The position numbers and the translations under genes were made by a program. Below the pieces are notes generated by a model. That model ran no database searches. It was not told the DNA's origin and saw only the letters and a list, made by a program, of their open reading frames with translations. DNA of 64,000 bases from an uncultured bacterium (GTDB lineage: Bacteria; Bacillota_I; Bacilli_A; RFN20; CAG-826), in NCBI GenBank assembly GCA_949299395.1, contig CASGAB010000001.1, positions 8,365 to 72,364 of the forward strand, written 5' to 3'. Shown piece by piece: positions 35,309 through 44,648 of this stretch (its first letter is position 1; every line of letters begins with the position of its first letter).

Positions 35309-36313
35309 TTATAATACTTCGTTATTCTTTAAATAGTTGTCAACGATATTAAATAATGAATCGATTGTAGTGATTGTTGTGGCAATTTCGTTTTTTAATT
35401 TCTTAGTATTTGAAAACATATTGAAGAATTTTGGAGCAATACCTCTTAAAATTGAGACCGCTCTTTTTTCACCAAATTCATCGACTAATAAATCACAAAA
35501 TTCTTTTAAAAAATTAATTTGCCCTTCAATAGTTGGCTCTTCAATTTTATCCATTTCACCATTTAAATAATGGTTAATATTTTTAATTAATAACGGATTT
35601 CCAATTCCGCCTCTAGCAACTGCAACAGCATCTGCTTTTGAGATTTCTAAAGCTTTAATTGCATCATTAAGTGTAAAAATATTTCCGCTTACTGCATAAG
35701 GAATTTTTATATAGTTTTTTAAATCTTTTAAAGCTTCATAATGAGCTTCGCCAATATAAAGTTCTTTTTTAGTTCGACAATGGATTGTTAAAAAAGAAAT
35801 TCCAGCTTCTTCAAGAACTTTAGCAATTTCTATAACATTGTTTTCGTCCCATCCTAATCGTATTTTTGCACTAACTGGTTTATGAGATTTTGCTACAACT
35901 TTTGTCATCACTTCTTTCATAGCAGGGATATCTTTTAACCAACTACTTCCACCATTTGATTTAGTAACTTTAGGAACTGGGCAAGCTAAATTGATATCTA
36001 AAATATCATAATCAATTCCACTATTTTCTAATATTTCTACACCTCTTAATAATGTTTCTTCTGATCCTCCAAAAAGTTGGATAGCAAGAGGTTTATCACT
36101 ACCATCAGTTTTTATCATTTCGAATGTTCTATTATTGTTATAAACAAGTCCGCAATCTGAAATCATTTCAGTATAGGTTAAAGAACATCCAAATTTATTT
36201 AAAAACTTTCTATAAGAAAAAGAAGTTATTCCAGCCATTGGGGCCAAAATAACTTTTCCTTTTAATTCGATATTTTTGATTTTTAAACTATTCATCAGTT
36301 TTTTTGTCTTCAA
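35309..36313 (-). CDS. dusB: tRNA-dihydrouridine synthase
   Basis: 'VILAPMAGITSFSYR' and 'NLACPVPKV' with a catalytic Cys. It sits between ftsH and lysS, as in Bacillus. Confidence 0.85.
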   Translation of the reverse strand: MKTKKLMNSLKIKNIELKGKVILAPMAGITSFSYRKFLNKFGCSLTYTEMISDCGLVYNNNRTFEMIKTDGSDKPLAIQLFGGSEETLLRGVEILENSGIDYDILDINLACPVPKVTKSNGGSSWLKDIPAMKEVMTKVVAKSHKPVSAKIRLGWDENNVIEIAKVLEEAGISFLTIHCRTKKELYIGEAHYEALKDLKNYIKIPYAVSGNIFTLNDAIKALEISKADAVAVARGGIGNPLLIKNINHYLNGEMDKIEEPTIEGQINFLKEFCDLLVDEFGEKRAVSILRGIAPKFFNMFSNTKKLKNEIATTITTIDSLFNIVDNYLKNNEVL

Positions 36314-38324
36314 TATTTTCTGTATTAACAGGTTCTTTTTCTTTTTTATTTTCAGTTTGAGTAACGGGGGTTTCTTCGGTTTTTACTTCTTCAGTTTTTG
36401 TTTCTGTTAAATGATCTTTATCTTCAGGTAATTCACGATGTTCTAAAAGATAATTAATTTGTTCTTCAGTAATTGTTTCGTTTTCGATTAATGTTTTAGC
36501 AATTAATTCCATATCATCTTTTCTTTCAGTGATAATTTTTCTTGCTAATTCATGAGCATCTTCAACAATTTTTCTAACTTCTTTATCAATTTCATTAGCA
36601 ACATCAGCAGAGAAGTTTTTAGTTGTATTAGTATAATCTCTTCCTAAGAAGACGTTACCGCTTGGTTTTTCATATTGAATAGGACCAAGTGAAGACATAC
36701 CGAATTCAACAACCATACTTCTAGCAATTAAAGTTGCTCTTTCAATATCGTTACTTGCACCAGTAGAAACATCATTAAAGAAAATTTCTTCTGCTGTTCT
36801 ACCACCTAATAAGCCGCAAATTTCAGCTTCAAGTTCATTTTTTGTTAATAAGAATCTATCTTCTTCCGGACCCATTAAGACGTGACCGCCTGTTCTTCCG
36901 CGAGGAATGATAGTAATTTTTCTAACCTTATCAGCGTGAGGAAGTGTTAAGCCAATAATTGCGTGACCACTTTCGTGATATGCAACTCTTAATCTTTCTT
37001 GTTCGCTTAATCCTTTTGAACTTCTTGCTGGACCAGCGATTCTTCTATCAATAGCTTCATCAATATCAGATAAAGTAATGTGTTCTTTTTTACCTCTGAT
37101 AGCTAAGATTGCTGCATCATTTAAGATAGAAGCAATATCAGCACCTGAGAATCCAACAGTTCTTTTTGCTAAGAAACCAAAATCAATTGATGGATCGAGT
37201 TTTTTATTTTTAGCATGGACTTTGAAGATAGCTTCTCTTCCTGCTCTATCAGGAAGTGAAACTGTAACTTGTCTATCAAATCTTCCTGCTCTTAATAAAG
37301 CTGGGTCTAAGACGTCGTCTCTATTAGTTGCAGCAATAACGATAATTCCGCTATTTTCTTCAAAACCGTCAAGTTCAACTAATAATTGGTTGAGGGTTTG
37401 TTCTCTTTCATCGTTCCCACCACCTAAACCAGCACCTCTTTGTCTACCAACAGCATCTATTTCGTCGATGAAGATAACACAAGGAGCGTTTTGTTTAGCA
37501 GTTTTAAATAAATCTCTAACTCTACCAGCACCGACACCAACGAACATTTCGACGAAATCAGAACCTGAAATAGAATAGAATGGAACTCCTGCTTCACCAG
37601 CACAAGCTTTAGCAAGCAAAGTTTTACCAGTTCCTGGAGGACCTACAAGTAAAATACCTTTTGGTAATTTAGCACCGTATTTTGTATATTTTTTAGGATC
37701 TTTTAAATAGTCAACAACTTCGACTAATTCAGCTTTTTCAGCATCACATCCTGCAACATCACTAAATCTAACTTTTGAATCATCTACCTTTCTAGCTCTA
37801 GATTTATTAAAATCCATTGCTTTTTGGTTTCCACCAGCTGAAGACATTAATAATCTAAAGAAGAAGATTGCGATTGCTACCATAACAACTGTTGTAATAA
37901 TTGTTGGTAACCATGAAATAAACCGGTTTTCAGTATAAATTGATCCATAAATACCAGGATGAACTCCACAATCAATAATTTGAGAAGATAATGCTTCTGC
38001 AAAAGTAACATTTGCTCCTTCATAATTATAAGGATAGTTATTGAAAGCATCCTTACTCATTTTGAATGTGTAATATTTTTGATTGTTATATGGATTATCT
38101 AATTGAATATAAACTTGGACTTCTTCTCCGCTTTCAACGGCTGCAGCATATTCAACTTTATAATTGTCTTCTTCATTTAAAACAAGGGTAATACCTTGAT
38201 CAGTTGAAAGACTTGTATATTGTTGATTATTAATTCCAACAAGGAAATAAATCATTAAGCCTAAAAAAGCGAAAAGAATTATATAGATTAAGATGTTAAA
38301 CCAATTAAATCTCTTTTTTTCCAT
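36288..38324 (-). CDS. ftsH: ATP-dependent zinc metalloprotease FtsH
   Basis: Two N-terminal TM helices, AAA Walker A 'GPPGTGKT', SRH, and zinc-binding 'HESGHA'. Confidence 0.95.
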   Translation of the reverse strand: MEKKRFNWFNILIYIILFAFLGLMIYFLVGINNQQYTSLSTDQGITLVLNEEDNYKVEYAAAVESGEEVQVYIQLDNPYNNQKYYTFKMSKDAFNNYPYNYEGANVTFAEALSSQIIDCGVHPGIYGSIYTENRFISWLPTIITTVVMVAIAIFFFRLLMSSAGGNQKAMDFNKSRARKVDDSKVRFSDVAGCDAEKAELVEVVDYLKDPKKYTKYGAKLPKGILLVGPPGTGKTLLAKACAGEAGVPFYSISGSDFVEMFVGVGAGRVRDLFKTAKQNAPCVIFIDEIDAVGRQRGAGLGGGNDEREQTLNQLLVELDGFEENSGIIVIAATNRDDVLDPALLRAGRFDRQVTVSLPDRAGREAIFKVHAKNKKLDPSIDFGFLAKRTVGFSGADIASILNDAAILAIRGKKEHITLSDIDEAIDRRIAGPARSSKGLSEQERLRVAYHESGHAIIGLTLPHADKVRKITIIPRGRTGGHVLMGPEEDRFLLTKNELEAEICGLLGGRTAEEIFFNDVSTGASNDIERATLIARSMVVEFGMSSLGPIQYEKPSGNVFLGRDYTNTTKNFSADVANEIDKEVRKIVEDAHELARKIITERKDDMELIAKTLIENETITEEQINYLLEHRELPEDKDHLTETKTEEVKTEETPVTQTENKKEKEPVNTENIEDKKTDE

Positions 38325-38386
38325 TTTTTCTCCTTTAACACGCTTATTTATTTTAATATAAATAAGTGTTTTTTTATAGTAGATTG

Positions 38387-39619
38387 CTACTTAATTTTAA
38401 TCAAACTTTCGATGTCAAAAATTAAAAATGACTTGTTTGTATATTTTATCCTTTCCATATAGCGTGGTAGATATAATAATTCCCCTTTTTTATCATAAAC
38501 TCCAGGCCATATTTCTCGATATGAGGAAGGTAATTTCATATCGATAAATATCTTAGAAACGCGTTTTTTCTCGCCTTTATAGCTATAAAAATCGCTTCTA
38601 GATACCGGATGAATAATTATGGTATCACATTTTGAAAAAATTTCATTATATTTTGTATCTACTAAAAAGCGAAAATATTTGTTCCCTTTTTTAGTGAGTT
38701 CAAAGGAATATTTGTTGGTATAAATTTTTCCAATTTTTAAATATCTATATTCGATAAAAAGGTAATAATCTGTACCAACAATCTTTTCTTTAATATTCTT
38801 ATTTAAAAATAATTTAGAATATAAATCTTCAATTTTTTGTTTAGAAAAAGGTTTTAAGAATGGGAAATATGATAAATACAAATAAAATAGATTAGTAAAT
38901 TCATTAATATCGATACTTGTCGCTTTTTTTAAAGAAATTTTATTATCAATAATCATCTTTTTAAAGCGAGAATTTTCACTTCTTTTTTCTTTGTTTTTCT
39001 CTTTTATCTCATTTAAAATCTCTTTCATTTCAAAATCAGAAAGTCTAGAAACATATTCGTTTCTTAATTTGTTTCTTTTATATGAATTATCAAAATTTGA
39101 TTTATCAATATTAAAAGGAACGTTGTTTTTTAAACAATATATTTCCAATTCTTTTTTTCTAGTATCTAAAATGGGGCGAATATAACAAACGTCTTCTTTA
39201 TAAGATAATGTTTTTAAACCATAATAATTTACATAAGAATTTCTTTCTTTTTGAATTAAATAAGTTTCAATTAAATCATCTAAATTATGAGCAATTAAAA
39301 CTGCTTCATAATTATTATTATTATTTAATTCCTTAAAGAAGTCATAACGAATTTTTCTAGCCCAAGCTTCGATATTTTTATCTTCTTTTTTATAAAAAAC
39401 GCTCTTTTTATATAGTTTTATATTATTTTCTTTACAAAAACTTGTTAAATAGCGATCTTCATAGTTTGATTCTTTTCTTAAATGATAATTTACAAAAGCA
39501 ATATCAAAATCGAACTTATTTTTCATTAAATAATAAGCTAAAGCCATTGAGTCTGGCCCAAAAGAACACCCTAAAAGGTATTTTTTATTGCTCTTCAATA
39601 AATTCTTCTTTAATTTCAT
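38387..39619 (-). CDS. tilS: tRNA(Ile)-lysidine synthetase
   Basis: PP-loop 'LLGCSFGPDSMAL' (SGGxDS-type). Its position between mfd/yabO and ftsH is conserved. Confidence 0.8.
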   Translation of the reverse strand: MKLKKNLLKSNKKYLLGCSFGPDSMALAYYLMKNKFDFDIAFVNYHLRKESNYEDRYLTSFCKENNIKLYKKSVFYKKEDKNIEAWARKIRYDFFKELNNNNNYEAVLIAHNLDDLIETYLIQKERNSYVNYYGLKTLSYKEDVCYIRPILDTRKKELEIYCLKNNVPFNIDKSNFDNSYKRNKLRNEYVSRLSDFEMKEILNEIKEKNKEKRSENSRFKKMIIDNKISLKKATSIDINEFTNLFYLYLSYFPFLKPFSKQKIEDLYSKLFLNKNIKEKIVGTDYYLFIEYRYLKIGKIYTNKYSFELTKKGNKYFRFLVDTKYNEIFSKCDTIIIHPVSRSDFYSYKGEKKRVSKIFIDMKLPSSYREIWPGVYDKKGELLYLPRYMERIKYTNKSFLIFDIESLIKIK

Positions 39620-39860
39620 CTTTTAATATTTCATACATTTTAGAAGCGTCATCTTTTAATATATGATCTTTAATAAATAAAACTTTTACAACAAGATGAT
39701 GTCTTCCTAAAGTTAAATCGATAATGTCACCTTCTTTTACTTCACTTGAAGGTTTACAAGGACGATTGTTAAGTAAAAAAATATCGCGAGAAACAAGTTC
39801 TTTTGCAATAGTTCTTCTTTTAATTAATCTACTAACTTTCAAAAATTTATCTAATCTCAT
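39585..39860 (-). CDS. S4-domain RNA-binding protein (YabO/Hsp15-like)
   Basis: 'MRLDKFLKVSRLIKRRTIAKELV...GDII' is an S4 domain. It lies immediately downstream of mfd, as yabO does in Bacillus. Confidence 0.65.
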   Translation of the reverse strand: MRLDKFLKVSRLIKRRTIAKELVSRDIFLLNNRPCKPSSEVKEGDIIDLTLGRHHLVVKVLFIKDHILKDDASKMYEILKDEIKEEFIEEQ

Positions 39861-42800
39861 TGTTTAAAGCCTCTTCATGAATAATTTTTAATACTTCGAC
39901 AAGTAATTTTGGATAATCATCCTTTTTAGAAATAATAATTTCTAAGCATTTATTCTGATAAGTTAATTTTAATTTATTTACATAATTTATCAATTTCATA
40001 AATATTGTTGTTCCAATCGCATTTATTGAAGAAAATTCTCTAGAAAGTACGATATTTAAGGAAATTTGAGTATTTTTTAACTCTTTAAATTCACTAAAAG
40101 ATAGGTAAATATCAATTTCTCTTTGCCTTAAAATATTTAAGAAAGATTCAGGAATTTCTCCTCCATACATATCTTTAATATGGTTAGCTAAATTAGCAAG
40201 TTTATCAAAATCATCAGCTTCACTAATTTTTTGATAGAGTTCAATTTTTTCACTATCACTAGCAAAATATGATGGAATATATGCGTTATTGATAACAGTT
40301 GGATTACTTTTCTCTTCATTTTCTTTAATAATTTGCCCATCTTTTTTCTCTTTTAATGCTTCGTTTAAAAGCTTTAAGTATAAATCAATACCAACATCAT
40401 CAATAAATCCAGCTTGTTCTCTTCCTAAAATTTCACCAGCACCTCTAATTAATAAATCTCTTTGAGCAATTTTATAGCCACTTCCAAGTTCAGTGAAATC
40501 TTGTAAAGCCTTTAATCTTTTTTTAGCTTCATCATTTAATTGTTTATTTTTGTCAACTAAAAGATAGCAATAAGCCATTCTATCTCCTCGACCAACTCTA
40601 CCTTTAATTTGATAAAGTTGAGATAATCCAAATCTGTCGGCTTGATCAACAATAATTAAGTTAGCGTTTCTAACATCAATTCCGTTTTCAATAATTGATG
40701 TTGCTAAAAGTAGATCAATATCGTCTAAATAGAAATCAGCCATGACATCATTAACGGCTTTTTTATCCATTTTTCCATGAACAATTCCTATTCTTAAATC
40801 AGGAATCATGTCTTGTAATTTAGTACCTAACTCATAAATATCGGAAATATTATTATGAACAAAATAAATTTGTCCGCCTCTTGCTAATTCTCTTGTAATA
40901 ATTTCTTTTAAAACTTTTTCATCTTTTTGAATAACATAAAGTTGGATAGGAAGTCTTTCTTTTGGCGGAGTTTGGATAGTTGAAACACTCTTTAAACCAA
41001 CAAGTGAAGATTGCAAAGTTCTAGGAATTGGAGTTGCTGAAAGAGTTAAAACATCGATGTTTTCCTTATTTAATTTAATTCTTTCTTTTTGTTCAACACC
41101 AAATCGTTGCTCTTCATCAATAATTAAAAGTCCTAAATCATTAAATTTTATTTTGTTAGATAAAGCCTTGTGAGTACCAATTAAAAAATTAACTTTCCCG
41201 CTTTCAACACCATCTAAAATTAGTCTTGTTTCCTTAGGTGTTTGATTTCTTGTTAAAAGTTTGATGTTTATATCAAATTTTCTAAACCTATTAAGGGCAA
41301 CTTCAAAGTGTTGTTTTGCTAAAAGTGTTGTAGGAGCAATTAAAACTACTTGTTTACCACTTAACATTGCTTTAAAAGCAGCACAAAAAGCAACTTCTGT
41401 TTTACCAAAACCAACATCACCACATAATAAGCGGTCCATTGGTTCTTCTTTTTCCATATCTTCTTTGATTTCTTTTAAGGATCTTTTTTGATCTTCGGTT
41501 AACTCGTGTTTGAATTGTGCTTCAAACTCTTGTTGAAGTTCATCATCTTCTTCAAATTTAATCCCTTTAATAAGCGCTCTATTTTTATATAAGAATAATA
41601 ATTTATCTGCTAAATCATTAACCTTATCTTTAATTCTTTTCTTGGTTTTTTTCCACGTGTCACTGTGTAAAGACGATAATTTAGGTATTCTTCCTTCTTG
41701 ACCAGCATATTTTCTAATTAAATTAAATGAATATAAAGGAACAAAAAGTTCATCGCTTCCAGCAAATTTAATCTCTAAATAATCTTCTTTTTTGCCTTGA
41801 AGTTCCATTTCACTAATTCCAACATATTGCCCAATACCATAACTTTCGTGAACAACATAATCACCTTTTTCCAATTCTAAATAAGAACCTAAAACAACAC
41901 CTTCTTTAAATTTAGAAGTATAAGTTAAACTTGCATGTCTTTTATTAAATAATAATTTTGGTGTAACAATAGCAAAACTATCTTCTTTATCTTCGATTGC
42001 AATATTAAAATCTGAAATCAAAACATTAATTTTTTCAGTATATTTGTCTGTAATTTTGCCTAAAATACTAAAATTAACATGTAAAAATTTTAAATAGTCT
42101 ACAAGTGTTGAAAACTCTTCTTTATTTTTTACAATAAACAAAACTTTTTCATATTCGGCTAAATATAAATCAACTATTTTTTGGAACTCAATTCCTTTTT
42201 TTGCTTCAAAAAGTGGTGTAGATAAAGGTATATTTTTAGCATCTAAATGATTTAAATCAAATCCAGAAATATATAAAAGTTCTTCTGCTTTATCACTAGT
42301 TAAGCCTATCTTATCGTTAAAATATTCAAGATGAGTTAAACTTCTTCCACCGTCAAAAAGATCCATCATTAATTCGTGTGATTCATAATATAATTGTTTT
42401 TTTGATTCTAAGATGTCCTTTTCTTCTAAAATAATCTCAATAAAATCGGATAAATAAGTCAAAATTGAATCATGATTATTTTTTAAGAAACCATAATATT
42501 TATATAAACTAGGGGAAAAATTATTAGTTTTTAAATTTTCTATATCTTCATTTACTTGTGCTTCAAAAATGTCTTTTAAATCATTTCTAACTCTTTTTAA
42601 ATCTTCTTCTTTTCTAAAATTCATTTTTTCTTCAATATGAGAAAATTCTAAATCATTAAAAATGAGTGTTGTTGCAGGCAAAATATCGATTTTATCTATA
42701 TTTTTTATTGAGCCTTGTGTAGCAATATCAAAGAAACGAATTGACTCAATTGTATCATCAAAAAATTCGATTCTTATCGGATTATCATAATTCATTGAAA

Positions 42801-43332
42801 AAATATCAATAACATCACCACGAGATGCAAATTGTAAAGATTGATCTATTTTTGGAACTTTATAGTAACCAAGTTTTATTAACTTATTTATTAATTCATT
42901 TAAATCATATGTTTGATTGATTCTTAAACTAATAGTTGAATCGATAAATTCCTCTTTTTTAGGATAAAATCTATAAAAAGATGAAGGTGTAAAAATAAAA
43001 ACTTTATGTTTTGAATTAATCATTTCATAAAGAGCATAAATTTTATTAGCTAATATATCCTTACTTTCAGAAATATATTCAACTCTTATCATTTCATTAT
43101 CTAAAAATAAAACGATGTCATCTTTGTTTATTAAATTAGCTAAAGATGCATAAAGTTTATTAGCTTTATAGGTTGAAGAAACTAATAAAACAATGTTTTT
43201 TGAGTAATTTTCGATATATTTTTTGTATGTTAAAAACGTTCCACCAATTATTTCATCAACAGCAAAAAAAGCCTCTTTCTTATCTAAGAGGGGGGTGAAA
43301 TAATTTAATAAATCATTTAAATAGTTAATCAA
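39847..43332 (-). CDS. mfd: Transcription-repair coupling factor
   Basis: 1161 aa, with UvrB-like N-terminal and RNAP-interaction regions and a helicase core with 'LLCGDVGFGKTEVA' and a DEEQ box. Confidence 0.95.
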   Translation of the reverse strand: MINYLNDLLNYFTPLLDKKEAFFAVDEIIGGTFLTYKKYIENYSKNIVLLVSSTYKANKLYASLANLINKDDIVLFLDNEMIRVEYISESKDILANKIYALYEMINSKHKVFIFTPSSFYRFYPKKEEFIDSTISLRINQTYDLNELINKLIKLGYYKVPKIDQSLQFASRGDVIDIFSMNYDNPIRIEFFDDTIESIRFFDIATQGSIKNIDKIDILPATTLIFNDLEFSHIEEKMNFRKEEDLKRVRNDLKDIFEAQVNEDIENLKTNNFSPSLYKYYGFLKNNHDSILTYLSDFIEIILEEKDILESKKQLYYESHELMMDLFDGGRSLTHLEYFNDKIGLTSDKAEELLYISGFDLNHLDAKNIPLSTPLFEAKKGIEFQKIVDLYLAEYEKVLFIVKNKEEFSTLVDYLKFLHVNFSILGKITDKYTEKINVLISDFNIAIEDKEDSFAIVTPKLLFNKRHASLTYTSKFKEGVVLGSYLELEKGDYVVHESYGIGQYVGISEMELQGKKEDYLEIKFAGSDELFVPLYSFNLIRKYAGQEGRIPKLSSLHSDTWKKTKKRIKDKVNDLADKLLFLYKNRALIKGIKFEEDDELQQEFEAQFKHELTEDQKRSLKEIKEDMEKEEPMDRLLCGDVGFGKTEVAFCAAFKAMLSGKQVVLIAPTTLLAKQHFEVALNRFRKFDINIKLLTRNQTPKETRLILDGVESGKVNFLIGTHKALSNKIKFNDLGLLIIDEEQRFGVEQKERIKLNKENIDVLTLSATPIPRTLQSSLVGLKSVSTIQTPPKERLPIQLYVIQKDEKVLKEIITRELARGGQIYFVHNNISDIYELGTKLQDMIPDLRIGIVHGKMDKKAVNDVMADFYLDDIDLLLATSIIENGIDVRNANLIIVDQADRFGLSQLYQIKGRVGRGDRMAYCYLLVDKNKQLNDEAKKRLKALQDFTELGSGYKIAQRDLLIRGAGEILGREQAGFIDDVGIDLYLKLLNEALKEKKDGQIIKENEEKSNPTVINNAYIPSYFASDSEKIELYQKISEADDFDKLANLANHIKDMYGGEIPESFLNILRQREIDIYLSFSEFKELKNTQISLNIVLSREFSSINAIGTTIFMKLINYVNKLKLTYQNKCLEIIISKKDDYPKLLVEVLKIIHEEALNNEIR

Positions 43333-43350
43333 TAAAGGAAAATCTCCTTT

Positions 43351-43905
43351 CTATTTATTATAAAGACTCATTGCTTTATTAAAGCTTTCTTTAATAGCTA
43401 TTTTTAAAGCACTGACTGCGTTATTTTGAGCTTCTTCAAGAAGTTCTTTTTCTTCTTTTGAAGGTTTTCCTAAAACAAAATCAATATTGTTATAGGTTGG
43501 AGCGCCAATTCCTACACGGATTCTTTTAAAATTTTGACTTCCAAGATGAGCAATAATAGATTTTATCCCATTATGTCCACCGCTACTTCCATCTAATTTA
43601 ATCTTTAAATGACCGATTTGAATATCCATATCATCATAAATTACGATTAAATCATCGATGGAAATATCAAAGTAATCCATTATTTCTTTAATAGCTATTC
43701 CACTATTGTTCATATAGGTTTGAGGTTTTAAAAGAATAACATCTTCATTCATATATTTAGTTTTTAAATATAAAGAATGAAAACCTGAACGAGAAATATC
43801 TTCGCCTAATGAATCAGCGAATTTATCTACTACATCAAAGCCCATGTTATGACGAGTATGTTCATATTCTTTTCCAAAATTTCCTAAACCAGCAATAAGT
43901 TTCAT
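43351..43905 (-). CDS. pth: Peptidyl-tRNA hydrolase
   Basis: 'MKLIAGLGNFGKEYEHTRHNMGF' is the canonical Pth N-terminus with the catalytic His. Confidence 0.9.
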   Translation of the reverse strand: MKLIAGLGNFGKEYEHTRHNMGFDVVDKFADSLGEDISRSGFHSLYLKTKYMNEDVILLKPQTYMNNSGIAIKEIMDYFDISIDDLIVIYDDMDIQIGHLKIKLDGSSGGHNGIKSIIAHLGSQNFKRIRVGIGAPTYNNIDFVLGKPSKEEKELLEEAQNNAVSALKIAIKESFNKAMSLYNK

Positions 43906-44004
43906 AACGTCTAATATATTACATAATTTTCTTTAAAAAATTAAGAATTTAACACTTTTTTTAACATTATTTTTTATGTCGAATAAAAAGAGATAATATT
44001 TTAA

Positions 44005-44033
44005 TTGACTAATCGGTCAATGAATATTAATAT
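44005..44033 (+). promoter_or_regulatory. Candidate tetR promoter with an overlapping inverted repeat TTGAC-N6-GTCAA (putative TetR operator)
   Basis: TTGACT (-35) is followed at 17 bp by TAATAT (-10). The -35 element is one arm of the inverted repeat TTGACtaatcgGTCAA, 35 bp upstream of the TetR start. Confidence 0.35.
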
Positions 44034-44054
44034 TTTTAAACGGAGGAAAAGAAT

Positions 44055-44648
44055 ATGCCAAGAACCGCTGAAGCAAATCAATTTTTAAAAGAAAAAAGAA
44101 AAAAACAAATTCTTCTTTCCGCTTTAAAATTATTTTGCCTTGAAGGTTATGAAAATATCACGATGGATCGAATTGCCAAAGAATCTAAAATTTCTCATGG
44201 CTTAATCTATCATTACTTTGATAAAAAGAGTGATATCTTACAGGAACTTATTGCTGAAAGTAAAAGAAAATTCTCTCTTATTTTTGATTTAAGCAATATG
44301 AAAACCTTAAAAGGTGCAGACTTTTTTAAAGCATTAACAGATTTTATTATTTCCGCTGTAACTTTAGGTGAAGAATATGCCTTTTTTATCGCATTATATT
44401 TAAACTTTAAGATTTCTCCAGATATGTATGAACAATTTGGTCAAACTTCTTATCTTAAAAATCTTGAAAATAATTTTAAGATTGCTCAAGAAGACGGAAC
44501 ATATCAAAAAGGAAATCCAAAAGAATTCTTACTTTGTTATTTTTACTTATTAAAATCAATAACCATGTCTGCAATTATTTCTAAAAACACATCAACCATT
44601 CCAAGTGCTGATGTTGTCTTAAATTTATTTAAAAGGAGCGTTATCTAA
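44055..44648 (+). CDS. TetR/AcrR-family transcriptional regulator
   Basis: N-terminal HTH 'ITMDRIAKESKISHGLIYHYFDKK'. Confidence 0.75.
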   Translation: MPRTAEANQFLKEKRKKQILLSALKLFCLEGYENITMDRIAKESKISHGLIYHYFDKKSDILQELIAESKRKFSLIFDLSNMKTLKGADFFKALTDFIISAVTLGEEYAFFIALYLNFKISPDMYEQFGQTSYLKNLENNFKIAQEDGTYQKGNPKEFLLCYFYLLKSITMSAIISKNTSTIPSADVVLNLFKRSVI

